Translations under genes and position numbers: made by a program | Notes under the pieces: model-generated | Told to the model about the DNA's origin: nothing | Databases searched by the model: none | Seen by the model: only the letters and a program-made list of their open reading frames with translations | In this document: positions 12,463-24,493 of the stretch, one piece after another | How the letters are laid out: each line of letters opens with the position of its first letter | Numbering within the stretch: the stretch's first letter is position 1 | Origin: Mobula hypostoma | Taxonomy: Eukaryota | Direction of reading: 5' to 3' | Length of the DNA: 64,000 bases | Assembly (NCBI RefSeq): GCF_963921235.1 | Contig: NC_086109.1 | Location: forward strand, 37,884,001 to 37,948,000

Positions 12463-14619
12463 GTTAAAGGACATGGACAGAGGTCTGGATTGTGCTAAGC
12501 AGTGGGAAATTGATAGACTGCAGATCCCACTGGCTGCTGGTAATTAGATACTGGGACAGATCATATTGTCAGCTAGTTAGTTTTTCTTGTGGTCAAGTAA
12601 GGCGCATTGCCTGCAATATAGAGATTCAAACAATGAAAACACAATATTCACTTGCCTGGACCCTGGCATCTTACATGACGCACTTCCAGTGTTTGAAGTA
12701 CCAGCGTTGGGAGTGGTTTTCACTCCATTCTGCAACAGGCTTTGAAGGCACAATCATTGTTTCATTAAGATTGTGTCATTCTGACCCAATCATCATTGAG
12801 TCATAATGACGCATTCAGTGTTTTAGGAACAGCTTCTTTCCCTCCACCATCAGATCTCTAAATGATCCATGAACCCATTGGTTCTCCATTTATTAAAAAG
12901 CTGATACACTCAATCTTTCAGTTCTCAAATAAGTTCCTTGATCTAAAGACATGCCTGTTTCTCATTTGACTGAGATTTATTATTGGACTTCATCAGCAAA
13001 CCACAATTATAAATAATTAAGCTGTATAATATTCTCTCTATTTATTAATGTACAAATGTTTGCATTTGATCTTGCAGAGATATTCTTGTTCTTCTATTGC
13101 TTTACTTGAATGTGCATTTGCAAGTTAGTATTGTTATGTTCACATTTACAGTAATTGAGCTTTGTAAATAAGCAAAAAATAAGGCCCTCCAGTGGGAATC
13201 AGGATAATTACTTTTAATTACTATGTTTTCCTTAATTTAGATTAAACAACCCTAGAAGTATCTGTTGTCTGGTTCCCATAACCATCTAAAAGTAAAAATA
13301 GTCCTGACAGACACTGTGATTGTCTGTCATACAGAAACATACAGAAATAGGACCTTTTCACATTTCATAGACTTTCAAGCAAAACGGATAATAACTTCAC
13401 TGGAAGAAATAATTAAGATCACCTGGCCCTAACTTTGTGCATGAACATCAATTATTAAGGAATAATTTGTGCAAAATTCTGATTATATTAGCAACCCTCA
13501 CCACACATCACCTCCATGCATGGATCTCACATTTGGTGCAGTAAACCATTTTACTATAGTGGCTCAGCAATTGCATTCAGAGTTCAGAAAGAATTCTAGA
13601 AGATTTGGTATTATTGAATTAGTCATTTCAGCAAACATCCTATTGGAAGATACATTTTTTTTCAGATACAGCTTTAAGCTTAGTATCAGTTAGTTCAACT
13701 AGCTGTTTTTAATTTGAGATTGACAGCAAACTCAGCATTTACTGAACATCCCTAATGGCCATTGAGAAGATATTGGGTGAACATAGAGAAGGGGGGTGGG
13801 CTAGTGGTAGGAAGCTGTCAAGACATTAAGCAATGGAAGATTGAACAGTCAAATTAAAGTTGAAGTATCAAGGACAAAGATCTGGTGTTCACAGGAATTT
13901 AATGATAATTGAAACAATTTAAAATTCTATCTTTCACTAAGTACAGTGAAATGGATTCATCCCATCCCTCACCAATCCACGATTTCTAATGCCCTCCCAC
14001 AACTTCACATTGCCACTACCCACATTTTCATCTCAATGTTCTGACAGAATGCCTGATATTCAAACCATGGCAAACACATTACCCTGGCATTTTTCAGGAC
14101 ATGCATGTGCAGACTGTCCTCTCTCTGACACAAGGCACAGGACCAGAGCTGGCAGAGGCAGACTGGTGAGGCACAAATGTGGATTCAATGGCTGATTCTT
14201 TAGAAGAAGGTAGTGTTGGTAACGATGGAAACAGTGGTAAATTGATGGAACATGGATACATGTACTATCCCCTTTCTCACTCATTACACAAAACTCTTCT
14301 GTTATAAAAATGATTCATAGTGTATGTTCGCATTTTTCAATTCATTGCCGCTATATAGCTCCACTTCTACCACTGCTACATAACTACTTTTCTCTTTTCA
14401 GATCGTCAAAAACTCCTTCCTAGCCAAATACATATTGAAAGTATTGTTTAATAGTTCAGAATAATAAAAAAAATCCACAAATGGCAAAATTATGTTTAGA
14501 ATTTGGGAAATTTTAAGAGAATCTAACAATTCTAACTGGCTACATCACCATCTGATTTGGGGAGAGGGTTGTTGCTACTGCTCAGGATCGAAGTAAGCTT
14601 CAGAGAGTTATAAAATTAG

Positions 14620-15575
14620 TCTGTAAATTAACCTTCTGGGAGTCTTGCATGAGGACTCCTAAGTTCCTCTGCACCTCTGAAGTTTGAACCTTCTCCCCAT
14701 TTAGATAATAGTCTGCACTATTATTCCACTTACCAAAATGCATTACCCAACATTTCCCAACACTGCGTTCCATCTGCCACTTTTTTGCCCATTCTTCGAA
14801 TTTGTTTAAGTCCTGCTGAAATCGCACTGCGGCCTCAGCAATACTTACCTCTGCACCTATCTTCATATCATCCACAAACTTTGCCACAAAGCCATCAATT
14901 CCATTATCAAAATCATTGATAAACAAAGTAGCAGTCCCAATACTGATCCCTGAGGAACACCACTAGTCACTGGCAGCCAACCAGAAAAGTTTCCCTTTAT
15001 TCTCACTCGCTACCTCCTGCCTGTCAGTCATTCTTTTATCCACGCCAGTATCTTTCATATTACACCATAGGACTTAATCTTATTAAGCAGCCTCATGTGT
15101 GGCACCTTATCAAATGCCTTCTGAAAATCCAAGTGAATGACATCCACTACCTCCCTTTTATCCACCCTGCTTGCTACTTCCTTGAAGAACTCTACCAGAT
15201 TTGTCAGGTAAGGTTTCCCTTCACAGAAACCATGCTGACTTTGACTTATTTTATCATTTGTCTCCATACCCCAAAACCTCATCCTTAATAGACTCCAACA
15301 CTTTCCCAATCACTGAGTTTAGGCTAACTGCCCTATAATTTCCTTTCTTTTGTCTTCCTCCCCTCTTAAAGAGTGGAGTGACATTTGCAACCTCCCAGTC
15401 CTTCAGGACCATGCCAGAATTAAGTTGTTCTTGAACGTGCATGACAAGTGCATTGGATATCTCTTCAGCAACCTCTCTCAGGACTCTGGGATGTAGTCCA
15501 TCTGGTGCAGGTGACTTAACCACCTTCAGACCTTTCAGTTTGCCTGAATGACACTCACTCCTGCACTCTGGCAAT
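14620..15575 (-). mobile_element. CR1 LINE RT fragment
   Basis: KSPAPDGLHPRVLREVAEEI, HLDFQKAFDKVPH, FINDFDNGIDGFVAKFVDDMKI. Confidence 0.88.
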
Positions 15576-15644
15576 TAAATGATTGGCCATTTAATTACTA
15601 ATTTAATTGGATCGGCAGAACAATGCGGGCTGTTCTGTGTTCTA

Positions 15645-15815
15645 TATGCTGCCTCCCTCATGTCAAGATCAGGAGTGCCTCAGGTTGCAGTTGAGGGGCT
15701 TTCTGAAAAGCCAATGCCATGGTGCATTTGAATACTAATGACATGGGTTAAAGAAAAGGAATGAGGTCCTGCAAATAACTTTAGGAAGTCAGTTAACAAA
15801 TTTAAGAAGACTATG
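15645..15815 (+). mobile_element. Degenerate CR1 ORF1 (SGNH esterase-like) remnant
   Basis: gctgcctccct...ggtgcatttgaatactaatgacatggg...gaggtcctgcaa resembles CLPGA...VHIGTNDIG...EVL. Confidence 0.45.
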
Positions 15816-15883
15816 ACTAGCGGTATACCACATGGATAGAAACTAGGACATTTACTGTTTGTTGTACATTAATAACCAAGCTG

Positions 15884-16171
15884 AGTGTTGCCACTTGGCC
15901 AAGTGGTTAAGGCATTCATCTAGTGATCTGAAAGTTACTAGTTCGAGCCTTGGCTGAGGCAGCATGTTGTGTCCTTGAGCAAGGCACTTAACCACACATT
16001 GTTCTGCTGTATGGGTCCTAATGCCCTTCCCTTGGACAATATGGGTGGCGTGGAGAGGGGAGACTTGAAGCATGGGCAACTGCGAGTCTTCCATTCAACC
16101 TTGCCCAGGCCTGCGCCTTGGAAACCTTCCAAGGCACAAATCCATGGTTGCACGAGACTAACGGATGCTGA
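15884..16171 (+). mobile_element. tRNA-headed SINE with CORE-like segment and RTE-like tail (family A, copy 1)
   Basis: A box tggccaagtgg, B box agttcgagcc, gtgtccttgagcaaggcacttaac, tail gagactaacggatgc. Near-TSD taataac(c/t)aagctg at 15870-15883 and 16172-16185. Confidence 0.8.
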
Positions 16172-16614
16172 TAATAACTAAGCTGTGAATGGGGAAGAGA
16201 TTTCAGTGCTTCTTACTTCAGTTATAAGTTCCATGCAAGCTGTAAGACATCAGTAAGGTAACCTGCTGGTACTCTCGGAATTAAAGTGTGAAAATTGGAT
16301 TAGAGGGCTTCCAGCAAAATTAGATGCCTGTCAGGGAGTGAGCATCTCAGACCACAAATAAATGGGATTTTGGAGGACTGGAGATTCACAAAAATAATTG
16401 GGCACTTGCTGTATCTTTATATGCTTCATGAAACTGATCAGATTTGTGCTGTGCATTCTGTGCATCTCAGATGAGAATCACAGTCCTACTTAGAAACTAA
16501 GTCATTCATGTGGTGTCTTCCTCTCTGTCAAACTTTCAAAACTTCTTAGTCAATTAAGTACTTTCAAAGTGTGACCATGATTGTAAAGAAAGAAAAATTG
16601 CTCCCTATAGCTAC

Positions 16615-16975
16615 ATAGGCAGTTGTGGTTCAGTTAGACCCAACCCTGTATCAGATGATTCTATGTGCAAGTCCTACTTGACCACTAAATACCTAGCTGC
16701 ACTTCTGCGTCAGATATTAAACTGACCCTCCACCTGCTCTCTCAGATGGATGTAAAAGACTCCAAGGGAATTTATTGAAGAAAAATAAGAGTTATTTTCC
16801 TGGTGTCTGGCTACTATTTATCTCTCAAGTGTCATTTACACAAAGTAGTTTTTCTGACTATTATTGTGTAGCTATTTATTGGAACAACACATTTGCTGAT
16901 TGGCTTGTTATGTCTGTGGGTTTACAACTGATTTTATTTGAAAAGTGCTTCCTGAATAATAAAGGTATTTAATTG
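16615..16975 (+). mobile_element. Ancient DeuSINE-like copy
   Basis: agatattaaactga...ctgctctctcagatggatgtaaaagactccaaggg...ttgaagaa...cctggtgtctggc...tatttatctctcaa matches the recalled Deu-domain consensus. Confidence 0.6.
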
Positions 16976-18464
16976 ATATATTTTAGTGATTTTGATTTAA
17001 GGATAAATATTGCGAATAAATGAGGATGGATCTCAGGGATTGCTATTAGTTTTGTTTGATACATAGTGTGATTTGGATTTGAACTAGACTGCCTGGGGTA
17101 ATAGTGGAGGCAGTTGGAGGTGTAGTTTTCAAAATGTTGTTGATAAAGAATCTGAAGCTAAAGAATTTGCAAGTTGCTTGGAAGAGATCAGAGGAATCTG
17201 ATTAACTAGATTGCTTTTATATAGAACTAGTACAGCATTGATAGACTAAATAGCCTCCATGTAAATTGTAACCATTCTGCAACTCTTATATATTTAAAAA
17301 GGGAAAAAAAAACACAGAACATCGGCTGGTATGAGCTGGAGCAGAACATGGGAAGAGAAGTATTGCAGTGAGGTCAACAACAGCACTAATTAGTCAACCA
17401 AGTCAAAACCTGAGATGAACCAGCACTTAATAGCTGAATGCTTGGTGCAGTGAAGATAAATAACAGGTTAACAAGGTTTAAATAAGTATTAAGATGAGCA
17501 CTTCAGCCATGTTATCTTTACTTTATCTTTAATTTACTAAAGAGATCTATAACTTAAAAATCTTGCAAAAATTGATTTTGTCAAATATTGAAATGTTACA
17601 AAATTAAGTGAAAAATAAACATGAAAACTTTTTAAACCTAACACCAAAGCTCATTTATCATTCTTGTTGACAAACTTATTCATGCTAAATGAAATACAGC
17701 CCTCTTCATTAAAAAAAAGTTTTCTGTTTGCATGACACAGCAAGTCTATGCTGTGTTCAGGAATGGCAATTCAAAGAGACAGATCTTTGAAGTTGACTTA
17801 GCAACATTTTAAAGAATAAGAGTAACTGAAAGTATGCTTTAATCTGAGGATCAGATTTCATCATCAAAGTCACAAAGTTCCTGAGGTACCATTACCTGCA
17901 TACACCTAAGTGCTTTGTTACACAGGGAAGTTGACTTCTCTATCATGTACTTCTTTGAGGGCTAACATTCAATGCTCAGATCCATGCTGTTTGGTAAACA
18001 GAAAAACAAACTCAAAGCCATCTCCAGGAAACAACTGGAAAATTAAAACCATGGAAGAGAATCAAAGGAAAAGGAGGTCAATTCAATAACACACTTATTA
18101 CATCTCTTACTGATTTTAAAGTAAAATAAATGATTTGCTCTTCAGTGACCTCAGAAGTTTGAAAAAGTATGGAGAAATAATTAAGCTCTGTTTCTTCTTT
18201 ATAAATTTCAATGACAATTTATTGTGTTTCTTTTAATAGCACTCAATTACATCCATTAAACTTGCAAAAAGGCAAGTCAGGATAAAAAGTGTTGTTTTGT
18301 GGCACAGTGCATACTAGGTTTTAGTGAAAATATTATTTTTTTGGCTGCCCAAGTATCCAAAATTTTGTCCATTGCTGTCTTAATAGAGCTCAGCATCATT
18401 ATTTTTGTTAATACTTCTTCAGGGCACCTTGGAAGTGTTGCCCCATTAGAAGGGACACTATAAT

Positions 18465-18656
18465 ACAGATTCTGGAAATCCAGAGTAACACATATAAAAT
18501 GCTGAAAGAACTCAGCAGGTCAGGCAGCATCTATGGAGAAGAATAAAGAATCAACATTTCAGGCCTTGGCCTAAAGAAGGGTCTCACCCTGAAACATTGA
18601 CTCTTTATTCCTTTCCATAGTTGTTGCCTGGCCTGCTGAGTTCCTTCAACCTTTTA
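18465..18656. repeat. Palindromic Penelope-LTR-derived element (head-to-head pseudo-LTR halves)
   Basis: gaactcagcaggtcaggcagcatctatgga ... tccatagttgttgcctggcctgctgagttc form inverted arms around a degenerate hammerhead segment. Confidence 0.7.
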
Positions 18657-18697
18657 TGAGTGACAATAAGCTGATACTCTCATGCTCTTAGCGGATA

Positions 18698-21600
18698 CAG
18701 AATTGTGCAGAAGTCTGAGGCACGTATAAATAGCCGCGGTACCAAAGACTTTGGCACAGGATTGGATTTATCAACGCGGAGCAGTGAGTTGGTTTGTAAA
18801 TTTGGCAGAAGAAAGAGATGTTGGTAATGGTGGGGGTAGGGGCTCCGCAGGAGGGATGTAGAGCAGGTGGCTGAGAAGATGTACCAGGGGTGGGGAGCAG
18901 TGTAGGTGCAGACACACCCAGCCCAGGAACACCAGGCAAGGTCACTTGAATCCAAATAGATGGTTTATTGATCATTACAGAATATCTCTATGGTGCTTCC
19001 TGCTTGCTCCAATCGCGCTTTCACTTTTCCCAACCATGATTTCCCTCTCCCGGCCTCCCTCTCATTCTCAGTCCACAATAGATATTCATATCAGAATCAG
19101 GTTTATCATCACTCATTAGAAAGAGGTGACATAGTGTCGAAAGGTGTTGAATTGTTGTGGGTAGAGCTAAGGAACTGCAAGGGTAAAAAGACACTGATGG
19201 GAGTTATACACAGACTCCCAAACAGTGGTAAGGATGTGATCTACAAATTACAATGAGAGATAGAAGCGCATGCCAAAAGGCCAGTGTCACAATTGCCATG
19301 GGGGATTTCAATATGCAGGTAGATTGGGAAAATCAGGTTGGTGCCGGATCCCAAGAGGGGAGATTTCTAGGATGTCTAGGAGATAGCTTATTTAGAGTAG
19401 CTTGTAGTTGAGCCCACAAGGTGACCAGCTATTCTGGATTTGGTGTTGTGTAATGAACTGGAATTGATTAGAGAGCTTAGGGTAAAGGAACCTTTAGGGG
19501 CCTAATGATTATAATATAATAAAATTCACCCTGAAATTTGAGAAGCAGAAGCTAAAGGCAGATTAGTGGAGTAAAGGGAATTACCAAAGCATGAGAGAGG
19601 AGTTGGCTAAAATTGATTGGAAAAGAACAATGGCAGGGATAACGGCAGAGCAGCAGTGGCTGAAATTTCTGGAAGCAATTCGGAAGGCACAGGATATATA
19701 CATCTCCAAAAGGAATAAGTATTCTAATGGCAAGCTGACATAACCGTGGCTAATAAGGGAAGCCAAAACCAACATAAAAGCCAAAGAGAGGGCATATAAA
19801 AGAACAAAAAATTAGTGGGAAGTTAGAGGATTGGGAAGCTTTTAAAAACCAATAGAAGTCAGCTAAAAAAGTCATTAAGAAGGAAAGGATGGAATACAAA
19901 AGTAAGCTACCCAATAATATTAAAGAGGATACCAAAAGTTTCTTCAGATACATAAAATGTGAAAGAGAGGCGAGAGCAAATGTCAGACCACTGAAAAACG
20001 ATGCTAGAGAGGTAACAATGGGGGACAATAAAATAGTGGATGAACTGAAAAAGTATTTTACATCAGACTTCATTGTGGAAGACTCTAGCAGTATGGTGGA
20101 TGGTCCAGAGTGTCAGAGGGTCAGAAGAGTGTGAAGCTGCCATTACTTGGGAGAAAGTTGTTGGAAAACTGAAAGGTCTGGAAGTAGATAAGTTATTTGG
20201 ACCAGATGGTGTACACCCCAGGGTTCTGAAAGAGGTAGCTGAAGAGATTGTAGAGACATTAATCATAATCTTTCAAGAATCACTAGTTTCTGGAATGGTT
20301 CTGGATGAATGGAAAATTGCAAATGTCACTCCAATTTTCAAGAAGGGAGAGAGGCAGAAGAAAGGAAATTATAGGCCAGTTAGTCTGACCTTGGGAAGAT
20401 GTTGGAATTGATTGGAAAGGATGTAGTCTTGGGGTACTTGGAGGCACATGATAAAATAGGCCATTGTCAGCATGGTTTCCTCAAGGGATAATCTTGCCTG
20501 ACAAATCTGTTGGAATTCTTTGAAGAAATAGCAAGTAGGATAGACAAAGGAGAATTGGTTGATGTTATGTACTTGGATTTTCAGAAGGTCTTTGACAAGG
20601 TGCTAGACATGAGGCTGCTTAACAAGTTAAGAGCCCTTGGTATTACAGGAAAGATTCTGGCATGGAGAGAACATTGGCTGATTGGCAGGAGGCAAAGAGT
20701 GGGAATAAAGGGAAACTTTTCTGGTTAGCTGCTGGTAACCAGTGGTGTTCTACTGGGGTGTATGTTAGGACTGCTTCTTTTTACATTATATACCAATGAC
20801 TTGGATGATGGAATCAATGACTTTGTTGCAAAGTATGCCGATGATATCAAGATAGGTGGAGGGGCAGGTAGTTTTGAGGAAATAGAGAGGCGACAGAAGG
20901 ATTAGACAGATTAGGAGAATGGGCAAAGAAATAGCAGATGGAAAACAATGTTGGGAAATATACGAACATGCACTTTGGTAGATGGAATAAAATGGTGTAT
21001 TTCTAAATGGAGAGAAAATTGAAAAATCTGAGTTGCAAAGGTACCTGGCATTCCATAAAGGTTAATTTGTAGCTTAAGTCTGTGGTGAGGAAGGCAAGTG
21101 CAATGTTAGCATTCATTTTGAAGAGGGCTAGAATATAAGAGCAAGGATGTAAAGTTGAGGCTTTATAAAGGACAGGTGAGGCCTCACTTGGAGCATTGTG
21201 AGCAGTTTTGGGCCCCTTAGCTTTGAAAGGATCTGCTGACATTGCTGAGGGTTCAAAGGAGGTTCACAAAATAAATCCAGGATTGAATGACTTGTCATAC
21301 AAAGAGCATTTGATGGCTCTGAGCCTATATTCACTAGAATTCAGAAGAATGAGAGGTGACCTAAATGAAACCTATTGAATGGTGAAAGATCTTGATACAG
21401 TGGATGGGGAGAGGATGCTTCCTGTGGTGGGAGAGTCTAGGACCAGAGGACACGGCATCAGAATAGAGGGGCGTCCTTTTAGAACGGAGGTGAGAAGGAA
21501 TTTCTTTAGCCAAAGAGTGGTGAATCTGTGGAATTCATTGTCACAGGCAGCTGTGGAGTTGAGGTCATTGAGTGCATTTAATGAGGAGGTGTTTATGTAT

Positions 21601-21892
21601 ATTTAAAGCAGAGGTTGATAGTTTCTTGATTGATCAGGATATGAATGGATACGGGAAGGCAAGAGATTGGAGCTAAGAGGGAAAATGGATCAGCCATGAT
21701 GAAATGGTGGAGCAGACTCGATGGGCCAAATGAGCTAATTCTGCTCCTATATCTTATGGTCTTATATGTCATGATATTTGTATTTTTTTTGTGGCCGCAG
21801 CATAGTGAAATCCATAAAATTACGACAGTACTGTGTAAAAGTCTTAGGCACCCTTGCTATAGATATGTGCCTAGGCCTTTTGCTCAGTACTG
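18698..21892. mobile_element. Composite Tc1/mariner-like non-autonomous element (two ~67-bp mini-MITEs around cargo), interrupted by a CR1
   Basis: Left unit cagaattgtgcagaagtctgaggcac...gtaccaaagactttggcacaggattg (18698-18764). Right unit cagtactgtgtaaaagtcttaggcac...gtgcctaggccttttgctcagtactg (21826-21892). TA at 18696-18697 and 21893-21894. Confidence 0.6.
19116..21765 (+). mobile_element. CR1 LINE (APE + RT + 3' tail), disrupted by stops and frameshifts
   Basis: ELLWVELRNCKGKKTLMGVIHRLPNS, GPDGVHPRVLKEVAEEI, YLDFQKVFDKV, RRNFFSQRVVNLWNSL. Tail cttatggtcttat. Confidence 0.92.
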
Positions 21893-22396
21893 TATCAGGA
21901 CCCCAGCAATAGGTTTGGAACTGTTCAAAATTATTAAAGTGTAGAAAAGAAAAGATAGATTCTTCAAAACTTCAGTGTTGTTCTATTTTAGTGCCGTTAA
22001 GATCCAGCAGTATAATGGACTTAAACATTTTCCATTTCTATTCTTAATCATGCTGGTCCTGTCTGTTAATATTTCTACCATGCTTACAAACTATTCAATC
22101 TAATCTCATACACAGCCAAGACCACCAAGCACTAAGTCGGTCAACCATATAATCAGAGAAATGTCCATTTCTACAAATTCAAATTTAAGCAGATATCAGC
22201 CAATAAAAGGGTGATCTAACCATATCTTACAAACAGAGTGCCTTTTTTTTAAAAAAAAGGACAACAATCTAAAGGGTTAAACCCACAGCGCGTTCCCTTC
22301 CCTATCTTTATAAAACAGCCATTGTTCCAACGACAACGTTAGTGCACAGGTCTTCAGAACAATCTTTCTTTCTTTTTTCCTTTTCTCCTTCTAACT

Positions 22397-22476
22397 CAGT
22401 GGTTCCCAAACTGGGGTCCATGGACCCCTTGCTTAATGATATTGGTTCATGGCAAAAAAAAGGTTAGAAACCCCTG
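22397..22476. mobile_element. 80-bp hAT-like MITE
   Basis: cagtggttcccaaac ... ggttagaaacccctg are imperfect TIRs of Charlie-like type. No TSD recognisable. Confidence 0.5.
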
Positions 22477-22503
22477 CAACCGTTTCCATCAGTTCACCAG
22501 AGA

Positions 22504-22812
22504 TTAAGGCATCCGCTAGTCTTGCGAGACCATGGATCTGCGCCTGGAAAGTCTTCATTCTCCAGGGCACAGGCCTGGGCAAGGTTGTATGGAAGACCAA
22601 CAGTTGCCCATGCTGCAAGTCTCCCCTCTCCACGACACTGATGTTGTCCAAGGGAAGGGCAAGGGCCGATACAGCTTGGCACCAGTGTCATCACAGAGCA
22701 TTGTGTGGTTACGTGCCTTGCTTAAGGACACAACACGCTGCCTCAGCTGGGGCTCGAACTCATGACCTTCAGGTCGCTAGTCGAATGCCTTAACCACTTG
22801 GCCACGTGCCCA
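22504..22812 (-). mobile_element. tRNA-headed SINE family A, copy 2
   Basis: Reverse complement of the 15884 and 53793 copies. 14-bp TSD cagttcaccagaga at 22490-22503 and 22813-22826. Confidence 0.88.
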
Positions 22813-22969
22813 CAGTTCACCAGAGAAGTACAGGGTAAAAGACAGAAAAAAAAGATGAAGAACATCTATTACAATAGTGACTTCTATATACTGTACTTAG
22901 TATGTTTCAAACCATAAATTAATGAACTAGCTTTCTAGTGGAATGCAGGAGTGCAGTAGCCGATTTAAA

Positions 22970-23195
22970 GATATAGATTAGCTTTATTTATGACATGTAC
23001 ATTGAAACGCAAAGCAAAATCATTGTTTGCATCAAATTAAATCAGTGAGGATTGCACAGGGCAGCCCACGAGTGCCACAATGCTTCCAGTACCAACACAG
23101 CATATCCGCAGCTCACAAACACTAGTCGTTCATCTTTGGAATGTGGGAGGAACCCAGAGCACCAGGAGGAAACCCACATGGTCACTGGCAGAAGT
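22970..23195 (-). mobile_element. HE1/V-SINE-like copy
   Basis: ctttggaatgtgggaggaacccagagcaccaggaggaaacccacatggtcac is the antisense V-domain. Confidence 0.7.
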
Positions 23196-24364
23196 GCAAC
23201 CTCCTTCCATGGACCATGATAGCATGAACATGTCAGAAAAGACTTCAGTCAATGTCTTTATTAAAAAGAGTAACTGCATTGCAATTCATATTCGACCAGT
23301 TGTGCTTAGCATGCTATGTAGTGACAGCAATGCAGCATGTACCATTTCCATAGCTCATTGCTTTTCCTCAATGGAATGCATTTCAGTGACAGGGTACATC
23401 CTATTCCTGCTGTCACGGACCAGAAATGAGGTTCTAGGTAAACATTTCCATTGCTAGCAATTGCTCATTAAGGTGTTATCTTGGATTATATGCTGAAGCT
23501 TTAAAAACCAACCTGAACCCCAGTCTCCTGCTTCAAAAACAACAATGTTTGAATTAAGCAAAGCTATCAGTTTTTAGATTTTAAAGTGAGAAAAGGTATA
23601 TTACTATTTTAATGGTGAGGAATGACAACTATGAGTGAATTAAGCTCTCTAGTACAATAATACATTTTGATTCTTAAGGTCAAACCTCTGACCATCTTAA
23701 GAGTGAAGGTTGCAGACTGTTTGAGCATTTACACTACCTTCAAAGTTCGAAGTGAATTTATTATCAAAGCTCATGTATGTCACCATATCCTACCCTGGGA
23801 ATTTCGTGGGCATTCACAGTAAATACAAAGAAACGCAAGAGAATTAATCAGAAACAGCACACAAGATTGATAAACAACCAATGTACAGAAGACACCAAAC
23901 TGTGTAATACAGAAAGAGAGAAAAAAACCAAAATAATAATAATAAATAAATAAGCAATAAATATCGAGAACATGAGATAAAGAGTCCTTGAAAGTAGATT
24001 GTGGGAGCAGTTCAGAGTTGGAGTGATTGAAGCTAAGTTAATTTATCCCCTCTGGTACAAGAGCCTGATGACTGAGAGGTCTCTGAACCTGGTGGTGTGG
24101 ATCCTGAGACTTCTGCACCTCCTTCCTAATGGCAGCAGTGAGAAGAGTGCATGGTCTAGATGGTGGGGGTCTTTGATGATGGATGCTACTTTCCTGTGAC
24201 AGTGCTCCTTGTAGATGTGCACAATGGTAGGGAGGGTTTTACCTGTGATGGACTGGGCTGTGTCCATTATTTTTTGTAGGCTTTTGTGTTGAGGGGCATT
24301 GGTGCTTCCATACAAGCCCATGTACCAGTTAGTATAATTTCCACTGAATCTATATATACATTTT

Positions 24365-24435
24365 ACTTGAGAGCCCATAAGTAGATCAACAGAACGAAGA
24401 CCATCATCCTCGACCTCGAGGGATAGCCACGACGA
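24365..24435 (+). mobile_element. 70-bp extreme 3' end of the same RTE family, opposite orientation
   Basis: 66/70 identical to the reverse complement of 24497-24566. Confidence 0.8.
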
Positions 24436-24493
24436 TATACGTTCATCAAAGTTTTAGATGGCATGCCGAATCTTCGCAATGTTCTAAGAAAGT

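Noticed and set aside
18657..19115. Apparent imperfect TIR pair TGAGTGA..ATAA
   Set aside because: Better explained by LINE-tail-like sequence. The right side continues past the CR1 at 21766 as part of the composite element.
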